Below are positions 41,814-51,045 of a stretch of DNA of 64,000 nucleotides, piece by piece. Location: NCBI GenBank assembly GCA_963710375.1, contig CAVPZX010000005.1:128001-192000 (forward strand). The letters run 5' to 3'. The position numbers and the translations under genes are program-made. This DNA comes from Nitrospirota bacterium (lineage in GTDB: Bacteria > Nitrospirota > Thermodesulfovibrionia > Thermodesulfovibrionales > Dissulfurispiraceae). The notes under the pieces are model-generated. The model made no database searches, had not been told where the DNA came from, and was given only the letters and a program-made list of their open reading frames with translations. Position 1 is the stretch's first letter. Each line of letters opens with the position of its first letter.

Positions 41814-42872
41814 CTATTTCCGAAGCCATGTCTTGAGAACAGTCTTTGAAAAGTTGAGCCCGTAAGACCAATTCTGCCCCTTTTTGCTATCTCCGGATAA
41901 TCTCCGCAGCACTGTGACAGGCGCATCTGAAATCCGTATCCCCTTCCTTGCGGCATCGATGATCAACTCCGCCGTATGAAACTGGTCCTGCAAGAGAAGG
42001 AGTTTCTGTAATGAGGAGACGCGGAAAGCCCGGAATCCGTTAGAACAATCGGTTATATGCGTTCCCGCCAATATGTTAATAACGAAAGTGAAGACGTGGA
42101 TGCCGACCCACCGAAACGCGCTGTCCTTTTCTCTTCTCCCCAGTACCCTGGAGCCGATCACGATATCCGCCTTGTCCGCAAGAATCGGTCCAACAAGAAG
42201 AGCGATCTCTTCCGGCAGGTGCTGTCCATCACCGTCCATCGTGACAACAACCGAGGCCCCCCCCATAGCCGCTATATCATAGCCCAGGCGGAGCGCCGCC
42301 CCTCCGCCGCGGTTAATGGGATTAGAAACAACTGGATAGCCGTGGCTTTTGACAACCTCGACGGTGTTGTCAGTGCTCCCGTCATCCACTACGAGAACGC
42401 CCAGTTCTCGCCCCGCGACAGCCCGTGGCATTTTAGGGAGGACTATATCCAGATTCTCAGCTTCATTCAAGGCCGGAATGATTACAGTAATCTCCTTTAT
42501 CCCATTTAGCCCTCCTCGGCTCTGCGCAAAGCTCTTGAGAGCCAACTTCCTCACGAGGAGATCGAATTGGAAAGATTTTTGCGTGTCCTTGGACCTAAGA
42601 CCGAAAATGAGGACCCACAGCAGCAGGTTTGAAAAGACGAGCAGCATGATGAGCCGGCCTAACGCCTTGTCTTCAAGTGACAGCATACCGGCAACGATAT
42701 TGATGCTGTTTGGCACAGCAGCGACAGTAATCAGCGCTACACCAAACAGGGACATAAGAAAGAATTCGCGCCGCCGTATAAAGTGAGTCCTGAACCGCCC
42801 AAACGACCAAAGCATGAGGATCGCTCCGGACAATACCCCTAACAACCGCAGAAACACTAACTGGTTTTCCAT
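41814..42872 (-). CDS. DPM1/GtrB-like family 2 glycosyltransferase with an N-terminal DUF2304-like membrane domain
   Basis: Three N-terminal TM helices, then IIPALNE, VVDDGSTD, MDGDGQH, IGSR, TDCSNGFRA. Confidence 0.87.
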   Translation of the reverse strand: MENQLVFLRLLGVLSGAILMLWSFGRFRTHFIRRREFFLMSLFGVALITVAAVPNSINIVAGMLSLEDKALGRLIMLLVFSNLLLWVLIFGLRSKDTQKSFQFDLLVRKLALKSFAQSRGGLNGIKEITVIIPALNEAENLDIVLPKMPRAVAGRELGVLVVDDGSTDNTVEVVKSHGYPVVSNPINRGGGAALRLGYDIAAMGGASVVVTMDGDGQHLPEEIALLVGPILADKADIVIGSRVLGRREKDSAFRWVGIHVFTFVINILAGTHITDCSNGFRAFRVSSLQKLLLLQDQFHTAELIIDAARKGIRISDAPVTVLRRLSGDSKKGQNWSYGLNFSKTVLKTWLRK

Positions 42873-42912
42873 AGGCCCTCTGTCCGTTGCAATTCTATGA
42901 AAGAGGAGGTGA

Positions 42913-44062
42913 TTATTTCCACTTTACGCCACGGAAAATCGCGTCCCTGTTTATGCTGTCTTTATGCGCTTCGATAACCTTCAGCATATTGTCGAGGACG
43001 GCATCGGTTAGGAAGTGAGGCTCAAGGCCCAATTCAAGCAGACCTGAATATTTGGGGTTGTAATAATGTTCTTCCTTTTCAATTCTAGGATTTTCAATAT
43101 GCTTGACTTTAATATGGTAACCCATTCGTTTGCCGGCGTCCCGCACTCTTTCGGCGAGTTGATTGACACTGAACATTTCTGTAACTTGATTAAATATCCT
43201 GAGTTCGCCGGCAGGCTGCAGGGTGCATAGCTGACAAATAGACGCACTGCATGGAATCCCTGATATTCAAATAACCCCGTGTCTGCCCGCCCTTTCCGTA
43301 CACCGTAAGCGGATGGCCGGAAACAGCCTGCACTAAAAACCGGTTTAAAACAGTCCCGAAAATCTCATCATAGTGGAAATTAGGCATTAAACGTTCATCC
43401 ATGTCAACCTCTTCAGTGGAGATACCATATACCGGTCCCTGCATGAGGTCTGTAACGCGTAACTTCCAGTTTCTGACGTAGAACCACAAAAGGTCTGTAT
43501 CCTGTATCTTAGTTGTATGGTATAGGGACCCAGCTTGCCTGGGAAACAGGAATTTATCGCGTTTGCCCTTATGATCAATTTCGAGCCAACCTTCTTCTAT
43601 GTCTATGTTGGGGGTTCCGTATTCGCCCATCGTTCCCAGTTTCACGATGTGGCACTCCGGAGCAAACTCTTTTACTGCATAAACCACATTAAGAGTTCCT
43701 GAAAGATTATTTTGCAGCGTGAAAGCCGCGGTATCCCTGCTTATCATTGAATAAGGCGCAGATGGCTGTTCGGCATAATGGATTACAGCATCAGGATGAT
43801 ATTCATTAAAGATCTTTGACAGAAATGCGTATTCGGTAATATCGCCAATACATATCTTGATTTTTTTTCCTGTAAGACCCCGCCATAAATCTGCTCTCAG
43901 CTTTAGATTGGGGCAGTGAATTAACGGTTCACAATCGAGTTCCATAGCGGCCTTTCGTTTAAAATAATTGTCTACAATAATGACCTTATGTCCCCTATTT
44001 GAGAAATACATTGCTGTGGGCCACCCGAGATAGCCATCGCCGCCTAATATCAGAACTCTCAT
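42913..44062 (-). pseudogene. sqdB: UDP-sulfoquinovose synthase (SqdB/SQD1/Agl3 family) with a +1 frameshift near 43215
   Basis: GGDGYLGWPTA, HYAEQPSAPYS, KLGTMGEYGTPN, YHTTK, TDLMQGPVYG, FGTVLNRF; the other frame continues AGELRIFNQVTEMFSV...NPRIEKEEHYYN. Confidence 0.85.
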
Positions 44063-45147
44063 GAATTATGCCGTCCCGGTAATTTAATGTAGACGTTTTC
44101 CGGTAACACATTCGGGAGCATGAGAAATGATACGATCTCGTTTTTTTTCATAGGAAGAATGTTTGCTGAATTATAGGTCTGGAGAACCGGAGTGAGTGAA
44201 ATATCCCTATAGGTATAATCGATATCCATATATATATTCTTGAAGGCCGGTAAAACGACAAGGAATTGTTCGGAATCGAAAGCCCTCCTGGTTTCTTCAT
44301 CATTCATAAGTTCTTCGTAAAATTTTTCTCCCGGCCGCGCACCGACTTCAACAATTGCCATTTTTTCAGGATGATGGTTATATAATGGGGCTAAAAGGGA
44401 TATCATCGCTTCTGCCAAGTCTTTTATATTTAATACCGGCATCTTTGTAATAAACACTTCACCGCCTTTAGCCAGGAACATACTTGTTATAATGAGACAT
44501 ACAGCATCCTCAAGAGTCATTACAAAGCGTGTCATTGTCCGGTCTGTCAGAGTTATCGGACCGCCTTTCATTATCTGCCTGCAAAAAATAGGTATCACCG
44601 ATCCGCTTGAGCCGGCAACATTTCCAAACCGTGTTGACGCAAATGTAGGCGGCTTGTCTTTCTGGCGCAAGGCATTAGCGGCTGTTATAAGGCGTTCTCC
44701 CATTAGTTTAGATGTCCCCATTACATTCGTTGGATTAACTGCCTTATCGGAACTTGTGAATAAAACCTTGCGGACCCTGTTTGCAAGTGCGGATTTGATA
44801 ACATTCTGCACACCGATTATGTTTGTCTGTACCGCATCAAAAGGGGACCGCTCACACAGAGAAACGTGTTTATAAGCTGCAGCATGAAAGACGAAATCGA
44901 GGCCCTCAAACATGTGCATCATCTTTTCATCATCTCTTACATCAGCCAGAAAAGCCTGAAACCCGGGTTCGTCCCTATATGATTCTTCAAGGGAAAAAAG
45001 TGCGCTTTCATTATTGTCCAGGGCTCTAACTTCTTTAGGGGAATATTGCAGCAGTTGCCGCACTAACTCCTGACCGATTGTCCCAGCGGCACCCGTAACA
45101 GCTATGCTGCAATTTTTAAAAAAGGCATCCAACGTCAACATCGTCAC
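44059..45147 (-). CDS. CapD/FlaA1-like NDP-sugar 4,6-dehydratase
   Basis: TGAAGTIG, HAAAYKHV, SSDKAVNP, RFGNV, RPGEK. Confidence 0.9.
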   Translation of the reverse strand: MTMLTLDAFFKNCSIAVTGAAGTIGQELVRQLLQYSPKEVRALDNNESALFSLEESYRDEPGFQAFLADVRDDEKMMHMFEGLDFVFHAAAYKHVSLCERSPFDAVQTNIIGVQNVIKSALANRVRKVLFTSSDKAVNPTNVMGTSKLMGERLITAANALRQKDKPPTFASTRFGNVAGSSGSVIPIFCRQIMKGGPITLTDRTMTRFVMTLEDAVCLIITSMFLAKGGEVFITKMPVLNIKDLAEAMISLLAPLYNHHPEKMAIVEVGARPGEKFYEELMNDEETRRAFDSEQFLVVLPAFKNIYMDIDYTYRDISLTPVLQTYNSANILPMKKNEIVSFLMLPNVLPENVYIKLPGRHNS

Positions 45148-45511
45148 GATTTATTTACACCTAATTCTCTTCCCTTAAAAGGGGGAGCATTGACGTTATT
45201 CGCTATCATTGACTCTTTTCACTCAGCGACAACTTTCCAGCCACTCAACTGTTTGTAATATAATATCACTTTTGCCCAAAATAATTTGAAAAAAACTAAC
45301 ACTCTTTTATAACGCTTCTGCCGATCCACGGAGGGACAACTATAATTGCATTTTGCAGCATATTCAACTGCTTCCTGCAACTGTTTCCCGGAAAAGTTAA
45401 AACATCCGCACGTTCGGGGGAAAATGAAGCAATGAATGAAATACTCGACCTTTTTAAAATGAGCATGCGATATGTTATTTTAAATGTACTCAAAGTAAGG
45501 AGGCGGACGTC

Positions 45512-45964
45512 ATGCAGGGAAGCATAGTTTCCATAAATGTCAGCGATAAAAAGGGCGTAAGAAAAAAGCCTGTCGATGAAGTTACAATCGGCGAAAACTT
45601 CGGAATCGAGGGTGATGCCCATGCTTCATCGGAATGGCACAGGCAGGTAAGCCTGCTCGCTCTTGAGAGCATACAAAAAATGCAGGCAATGGGACTCAAG
45701 GTCCAGCCTGGTGATTTTGCCGAGAACATTACTACGGAGGGGCTCGATCTCCCCGCTCTTCCAATCGGCACAAGGATTCGCCTTGGCAGTGACGTTATCG
45801 GCGAGGTAAGCCAAATCGGCAAGGAATGCCATACGCGGTGCGCTATTTACTACGAGGCTGGTGATTGTGTAATGCCGAAAGAAGGTATTTTTATATGGAT
45901 ACTAAAGGGCGGCGTGGTCAGAAAAGGAGATAAAATAGACGTTAGCATGCGTGACACTTTATGA
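45512..45964 (+). CDS. MOSC domain protein
   Basis: GDAHA, RQVSLL, GDFAENI, IGKECH, CVMPKEG. Confidence 0.9.
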   Translation: MQGSIVSINVSDKKGVRKKPVDEVTIGENFGIEGDAHASSEWHRQVSLLALESIQKMQAMGLKVQPGDFAENITTEGLDLPALPIGTRIRLGSDVIGEVSQIGKECHTRCAIYYEAGDCVMPKEGIFIWILKGGVVRKGDKIDVSMRDTL

Positions 45965-46440
45965 TCACCGTTGCTGTGCTTACATTGAGTGATAAAGGCT
46001 CCAGGGGGGAGCGGGCGGACCAGAGCGGACCCTTGATCGCAGATATCATTAAAGGTATAGGCAGAATCGACTATTATGATACGCTGCCCGATGAGCGGGA
46101 GTTGATAAAAAAGAGACTCCTGGAATATGCCGGCAAGGTAGACCTTGTCCTTACTACCGGCGGCACCGGTCTTTCTCCAAGGGATGTGACTCCGGAGGCA
46201 ACGCTTGATGTGATCGAACGGCAGGTGCCGGGCATTGCAGAGGCCATGAGGATGGAGGGGATGAAAAAGACCGGCAGGTCAATGCTGTCAAGAGCTGTTG
46301 CTGGTGTGAAAGGACAAACGTTGATCATAAACCTGCCAGGGAGCCCCAAAGCGGTCAAGGAAAATCTTGAGACGATTCTTGAGGTCCTTCCCCACGCTGT
46401 TGAGAAAATAAAAGGCGACACCAAGGATTGCGCGCGATGA
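45961..46440 (+). CDS. mog: Molybdopterin adenylyltransferase (MogA/MoaB)
   Basis: TLSD, TTGGTGLSPRDVTPEAT, NLPGSPKA. Confidence 0.92.
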   Translation: MITVAVLTLSDKGSRGERADQSGPLIADIIKGIGRIDYYDTLPDERELIKKRLLEYAGKVDLVLTTGGTGLSPRDVTPEATLDVIERQVPGIAEAMRMEGMKKTGRSMLSRAVAGVKGQTLIINLPGSPKAVKENLETILEVLPHAVEKIKGDTKDCAR

Positions 46441-47147
46441 AAGACGTCTCTTTTACCCTGTCTTTTTTTGCAGGAGTCCTTTCGTTTCTTTCCCCCTGTG
46501 TTTTGCCGCTCGTCCCTGCATATCTTTCGTTTGTGACAGGGCTTTCCCTGGCAGAGCTTAAATCATCTCCACGCCTGTCAAAGGCCATGGGCAACACGTT
46601 TGCCTTCATAATGGGATTTTCGACGATTTTTGTTGCGCTCGGCGCCTCTTCATCTTTCATTGGCAGCCTGTTCCTGAGGTATCAGGACTATCTCAGGATA
46701 GTGGGGGGCATCCTGACTATCGTATTCGGTTTCTTTATTGCCGGTTTTTTGAAACTTGATTTTCTTATGAGGGAAAAGAGATTCCATATGGATAAGGGGC
46801 CGGCGGGTTATGTTGGAGCATATTTAGTCGGTATGAGCTTTGCTGCCGGATGGACACCCTGTATTGGCCCTATTCTCGGCACTATCTTGATTTATGCAAG
46901 TTCAAAGGCATCGGCAACGTACGGCTTGAAACTCCTTTCCGTTTACTCACTGGGGCTTGCCATTCCGTTTATACTTTCGACACTTGCCATCAATGCGTTT
47001 CTAAGCCATGCAAAAAAGATTTATAAATTCATGAATGTAATAATGATTTTCAGTGGTCTGATATTGATAGCATTCGGCATTATGCTTTTGACCAACAGGG
47101 TCAGTATGCTGTCAGCCATGCTTCCCGATTTGGGAATTAAGTTTTGA
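46437..47147 (+). CDS. ccdA: Cytochrome c biogenesis protein CcdA
   Basis: SFLSPCVLPL and GWTPCIGPIL. Confidence 0.92.
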   Translation: MKDVSFTLSFFAGVLSFLSPCVLPLVPAYLSFVTGLSLAELKSSPRLSKAMGNTFAFIMGFSTIFVALGASSSFIGSLFLRYQDYLRIVGGILTIVFGFFIAGFLKLDFLMREKRFHMDKGPAGYVGAYLVGMSFAAGWTPCIGPILGTILIYASSKASATYGLKLLSVYSLGLAIPFILSTLAINAFLSHAKKIYKFMNVIMIFSGLILIAFGIMLLTNRVSMLSAMLPDLGIKF

Positions 47148-47152
47148 GGACG

Positions 47153-47288
47153 AAAGATGGAAGGTGAGAGCGTGAGAAGTTGTGAAGGTGAGAGTAAAAC
47201 AGAAGTTGAGAAGTTGAGAAGTTGTGAGGTTGGGATTTTGCTCATCTTCGCACCTTCGCACCTTCTCACGCTCTCAACTTCCATCTTT
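47153..47288. repeat. Octamer tandem-repeat hairpin (AAGNTGNG) inside the lptE 5' coding region
   Basis: aaagatgg aaggtgag agcgtgag aagttgtg aaggtgag ... ctcatctt cgcacctt cgcacctt ctcacgct ctcaactt ccatcttt. Confidence 0.9.
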
Positions 47289-48146
47289 TGTTTCTGCTGC
47301 ATTCTTTGTTCCGGCTGCGGGTATACCATTCAAACGAGGGCCAACCTTCCCTTTGAGACCATTTCTATCGGCACGATAGAGAATAAAACATCTGAGCCCA
47401 AACTTCAGGACAGGTGTCACGTGGCATTGGCAGAGACCTTTTCCCAACACGGTTACGAGGTAAGCTCCATTGCCCGCTACAGGCTCCAGGGTGAGATATA
47501 CCGGTTCGAGTTGATCCCTACAACCGAAGTGAACCTCGCTGCGACACAATATCAGATCGTGATGAAGGGGAGCTTTAAACTTGTTGATACGGAAAGCGGC
47601 AAATCGATTCCACTTGGGGCGGACAGCCCGTTTATCACTTATTTCAACGCTAACACCACTGACCCGCTCGAGGAAATTATGACACAAAAAGAGCTCGCGG
47701 AGGCCAGCGCTATGGCAAATCTGGCGCAGACGTTAGTCAGCCTTGTTACTTACAATACTCCCAAAAATTTTGCGAGCCTGCTGTTTAAGCCTGACGATAT
47801 AAAAAATGTGGAGGGCCTTATCGTCAAGCTGAGGGATGCAAAAGACCCGCTCTCGGAATATTTACGGGACCAATTTACTCCGGACCTTCAACGCAAAATA
47901 GATGCCTATAACCAGTTCGATTATTCGGCAAAGGAGCTCAAGACTGCACTGGCCAATGCGTTAAACAGTATAATCCAGAACAAGGACATTTTTGATGAAA
48001 AGCGTTTTGCCCATGTCATGCTCAGCGATGAGACCATGCAGCTTATCAGACAGAATGCGCAAGGCGGTAATCGGGTGAAACTCAACCGGATACTTCTTGA
48101 GGAGGCGTATCCGGACGAACTGCAAAAACCGGCAGGCAATAGGTAA
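47157..48146 (+). CDS. lptE: LptE-family lipoprotein with a long C-terminal extension
   Basis: Lipobox SGCGY, ENKTSEP, located directly upstream of holA; about 120 extra C-terminal residues. Confidence 0.72.
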   Translation: MEGESVRSCEGESKTEVEKLRSCEVGILLIFAPSHLLTLSTSIFCFCCILCSGCGYTIQTRANLPFETISIGTIENKTSEPKLQDRCHVALAETFSQHGYEVSSIARYRLQGEIYRFELIPTTEVNLAATQYQIVMKGSFKLVDTESGKSIPLGADSPFITYFNANTTDPLEEIMTQKELAEASAMANLAQTLVSLVTYNTPKNFASLLFKPDDIKNVEGLIVKLRDAKDPLSEYLRDQFTPDLQRKIDAYNQFDYSAKELKTALANALNSIIQNKDIFDEKRFAHVMLSDETMQLIRQNAQGGNRVKLNRILLEEAYPDELQKPAGNR

Positions 48147-48156
48147 TGGAAAATAT

Positions 48157-48241
48157 GAAGGTGAGAAGATGGGAAGTTGCGAAGTTGAGCAAACCGGCCT
48201 TCGTAAGTCACACCTTCACACGTTCTCAACTTCTCATCTTC
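48157..48241. repeat. Octamer tandem-repeat hairpin between lptE and holA
   Basis: gaaggtga gaagatgg gaagttgc gaagttga ... cacacctt cacacgtt ctcaactt ctcatctt. Confidence 0.88.
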
Positions 48242-48250
48242 GGATATTGA

Positions 48251-49153
48251 ATGAGCATAAAGCAATTTCATCAGGAACTTTCCAAGGGGATGCCCTCCCC
48301 GGTGTATCTCTTATACTCATCAGAAGATTTTCTGCTCTATGAGGCTATCTCCGGAATAAAAGAGCAGTGTAGGGATACAGTTGGATTTAATTTTGACGTG
48401 TACGACATTAAGTCGCCTGACGATACGATTCCGGTAGAACAGATTGTGGATATCGTGAACACGATGCCGTTTATATCCGCGCGAAGGATAGTTGTTATCA
48501 ACAACATACAGAAACTTGCCAAAAAGGATGTGCAAAAGATCGAGGCTTACCTGCTTAATCCTGCTGATACTGCGCTTTTGGTAATGCTCCATACAGGTGC
48601 ATCGCCAAAGCTTTTTAGTGCAGCGGCATCAGGAAGCATTAAGACAATTGCTCTTACAGTCCAGGAAAAGGACCTTCACCTGTGGATAAAGGAGCAGGCC
48701 AAACAGAAGAAGGTGCGCCTTACCGACAGCGCGGTCGAATATCTTATTACTATGGCCGGGACTGACCTTGGCATGCTCTCTGCAGAAATAGAAAAGCTTG
48801 CATGTTTTATCAGCGACCGTGTCATTGACGTTGCCGACCTGAAGAGCATCATCTATTCTGGAGTTGAGTATACCGCCTTTGACCTTCTTGATGCGCTTAA
48901 GAGAAAAGATGCGAAGGAGGTATTCAGGATATTTGAGAACGTCACTAAAAATCAGGAACCTCAAATGCTGCTCGGCGCTCTGAATTATTATTATGGACGG
49001 CAAGGGTACGCTTACCAGAAAAAAGATGCATCCGGGCCGGTCCAGACAGTCCGGCTCTTGCATGAGGCGGACTTTGCGATAAAGTCATCGCACAAGTATG
49101 TTATCGAAGATCTGCTTGTTAAGCTGCTTAAAACTCCGAAGATGAGAAGTTGA
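48251..49153 (+). CDS. holA: DNA polymerase III subunit delta
   Basis: PVYLLYS, TMPFISARRIVVI, GTDLGMLSAEIEKL, AFDLLDAL; lptE-holA / rpsT synteny. Confidence 0.88.
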   Translation: MSIKQFHQELSKGMPSPVYLLYSSEDFLLYEAISGIKEQCRDTVGFNFDVYDIKSPDDTIPVEQIVDIVNTMPFISARRIVVINNIQKLAKKDVQKIEAYLLNPADTALLVMLHTGASPKLFSAAASGSIKTIALTVQEKDLHLWIKEQAKQKKVRLTDSAVEYLITMAGTDLGMLSAEIEKLACFISDRVIDVADLKSIIYSGVEYTAFDLLDALKRKDAKEVFRIFENVTKNQEPQMLLGALNYYYGRQGYAYQKKDASGPVQTVRLLHEADFAIKSSHKYVIEDLLVKLLKTPKMRS

Positions 49154-49205
49154 GAAGATGTGAAGGTGTGATCTCAATTTCCCAACCTCCCAACTTCTCA
49201 CCTTC
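49138..49205. repeat. Octamer tandem-repeat hairpin between convergent holA and rpsT
   Basis: gaagatga gaagttga gaagatgt gaaggtgt ... cccaacct cccaactt ctcacctt; supplies the holA stop. Confidence 0.85.
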
Positions 49206-49494
49206 AATCTTTTTTCTGCGCTGCGTTTGCTTTTTTTGCGAGCTTTGAGATCTTTCTGGATGCGGTATTCTTATGAATTATACCCTTAGACGCAGCAGTG
49301 CTGATAGTGCTGACAGCCTCTTTCAAAGCCTTTCCTATCTCTTCTTTGTTTTTTCCGGATAGCACGGACTCTGCTTTTTTGGTTTGGGTCTTTATGCTTG
49401 CCCGCACCGACTGACCGCGCAGTCTTCTTTTTTCATCCTGGCGGGCTTTCTTTATAGCCGAGAGATTTTTTTTAGGTGCTGACTTAGCTGCCAC
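49204..49494 (-). CDS. rpsT: 30S ribosomal protein S20
   Basis: SAIKKARQ...KGIIHKNTASRKISKL; GTG start after GAGGAGGA. Confidence 0.93.
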   Translation of the reverse strand: MAAKSAPKKNLSAIKKARQDEKRRLRGQSVRASIKTQTKKAESVLSGKNKEEIGKALKEAVSTISTAASKGIIHKNTASRKISKLAKKANAAQKKD

Positions 49495-49510
49495 TATATA
49501 TCCTCCTCGT

Positions 49511-49677
49511 GACGGTCTCGTAAAAAGCTCATATACTACGTTCCACCCCAGCAAGTCTGTGACTTGCCAGGGACCCCGGGCGTTGCACTGCGTACTCAGT
49601 CACTGCGGCGTACCCAACAGTACGCCTCATTCCTAAGTACTTGCGCGCCTTGCCTATGAACTTTTTACGAGACCGTC
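49511..49677. mobile_element. Structured palindromic element, family 2 copy E
   Basis: IR GACGGTCTCGTAAAAAG...CTTTTTACGAGACCGTC; homologous to 29435-29561 with an extra internal hairpin. Confidence 0.85.
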
Positions 49678-49760
49678 TGTGCTTAATTTTGTTTGCTACG
49701 AAGTTATATTAATATCATAAATCTTAACAGAAAATCAATGTTTATGCTAAAATCTGTCAT

Positions 49761-50699
49761 ATGAAATATACTCCGGCTGACCCCAGCGGTCTAAAAACTT
49801 ATTCCATTACAGACCGCCACAGCAAAGTGTCCATAGATAAGGCGGCCCTCCCGCACACTAAGGGCGGTTCGCTCAAAGATTTCGCAGGCAGCCTCCCTGA
49901 CTTCCTTGCCGCAAGTGACATAAAAGCCGTAGTGCGGGCAGTGGTGCAGGCGTACAGAAACGGCAGGCCGGTGGTCCTGGGCATGGGAGCCCATGCAATA
50001 AAGGTGGGTCTCTCGCCATTGATCATTGATTTAATGCAGCGCGGAATTATTACCGCTGTCGCAGCAAACGGAGCCTGTATCATACACGATTTTGAGATTG
50101 CCTTTATCGGGCGTACCTCGGAGGATGTGGCGCAGGAGCTTTGCACCGGCTCCTTTGGCATGGGCAGGGAAACCGGCAGTATGCTGAACAAGGCCATCTC
50201 TGAAGGCGTAAAAAAGGGTGATGGGATAGGCCGCTCAGTGGGTTCATATATAGATGCTTCATCTTTTCCCTTTAAAGAGAAGAGCATTTTCGGCTGGGGC
50301 TTCAGGCTTGATATTCCCATGACCGTCCATGTTGCGCTGGGCGCAGATATTATTCATATGCATCCGGAGGCTGATGGTGCAAGTATTGGTAAGGGGAGCC
50401 TCAGGGATTTCAGGCTTTTTACCTCGGTTGCGGCCGATCTCGAAGGCGGAGTTTATATCAACCTCGGTTCAGCTGTTCTTCTGCCCGAGGTATTCCTTAA
50501 GGCCCTGAACAGTGCGCGGAATCTTGGAAACAGGGTTGAAGCGTTTACCACTGTAAACATGGATTTTGTCCAGCACTACCGCCCCCGCGAAAATGTACTG
50601 CACAGGCCGACAATGACGAAAGGGCAATGTTTTGCGCTCACAGGGCATCATGAGATAATGGTGCCGCTGCTGGCGGCGATGATAATCGAAGAATTATAA
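49761..50699 (+). CDS. Conserved hypothetical protein, deoxyhypusine-synthase-like fold
   Basis: GMGAHAIKVG, IHDFE, DIIHMHP, GSAVLLPEVFLKA, GHHEIM. Confidence 0.6.
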   Translation: MKYTPADPSGLKTYSITDRHSKVSIDKAALPHTKGGSLKDFAGSLPDFLAASDIKAVVRAVVQAYRNGRPVVLGMGAHAIKVGLSPLIIDLMQRGIITAVAANGACIIHDFEIAFIGRTSEDVAQELCTGSFGMGRETGSMLNKAISEGVKKGDGIGRSVGSYIDASSFPFKEKSIFGWGFRLDIPMTVHVALGADIIHMHPEADGASIGKGSLRDFRLFTSVAADLEGGVYINLGSAVLLPEVFLKALNSARNLGNRVEAFTTVNMDFVQHYRPRENVLHRPTMTKGQCFALTGHHEIMVPLLAAMIIEEL

Positions 50700-50713
50700 A
50701 AAAACAAAAAAGA

Positions 50714-50822
50714 AACCACAGAGACACGGAGACACAGAGAAATCAAATGATGGCTAATTAAAGAAAAGACTTTTTCTTTCTCTACTTGGAGCATATCTCT
50801 GTGCCTCTGTGTCTCTGTGGTT
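50714..50822. repeat. Nonamer tandem-repeat hairpin (CACAGAGRN)
   Basis: aaccacagagacacggagacacagaga / tctctgtgcctctgtgtctctgtggtt. Confidence 0.9.
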
Positions 50823-50853
50823 GATTTTGGTTTGGAAGGATTTTAGAGGAACC

Positions 50854-51045
50854 ATGACTGTTATAGTTGATGAAGAAAAGTGCATCGGCTGCGGCAATTG
50901 CGAGGAGATTTGTCCCGCTGTGTTCCACCTCAGCGAGATAACCGCTAAATCGGAAGTTATCGACGAAGAGGCATGCGAGTTCGTGGGCTGCTGCGAAGCT
51001 GCTGAAGAAAATTGCCCGGTTGAAGCGATAACCATTGAAGAATGA
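50854..51045 (+). CDS. Single-cluster ferredoxin
   Basis: CIGCGNCEEICP...CPVEAI; ATG after AGAGGA. Confidence 0.9.
   Translation: MTVIVDEEKCIGCGNCEEICPAVFHLSEITAKSEVIDEEACEFVGCCEAAEENCPVEAITIEE

Noticed and set aside
47153..49205. Three similar repeat clusters as a possible CRISPR array
   Set aside because: Units are 8 nt, tandem and inverted, separated by whole genes; there are no 25-45 nt repeats with unique spacers and no cas genes.
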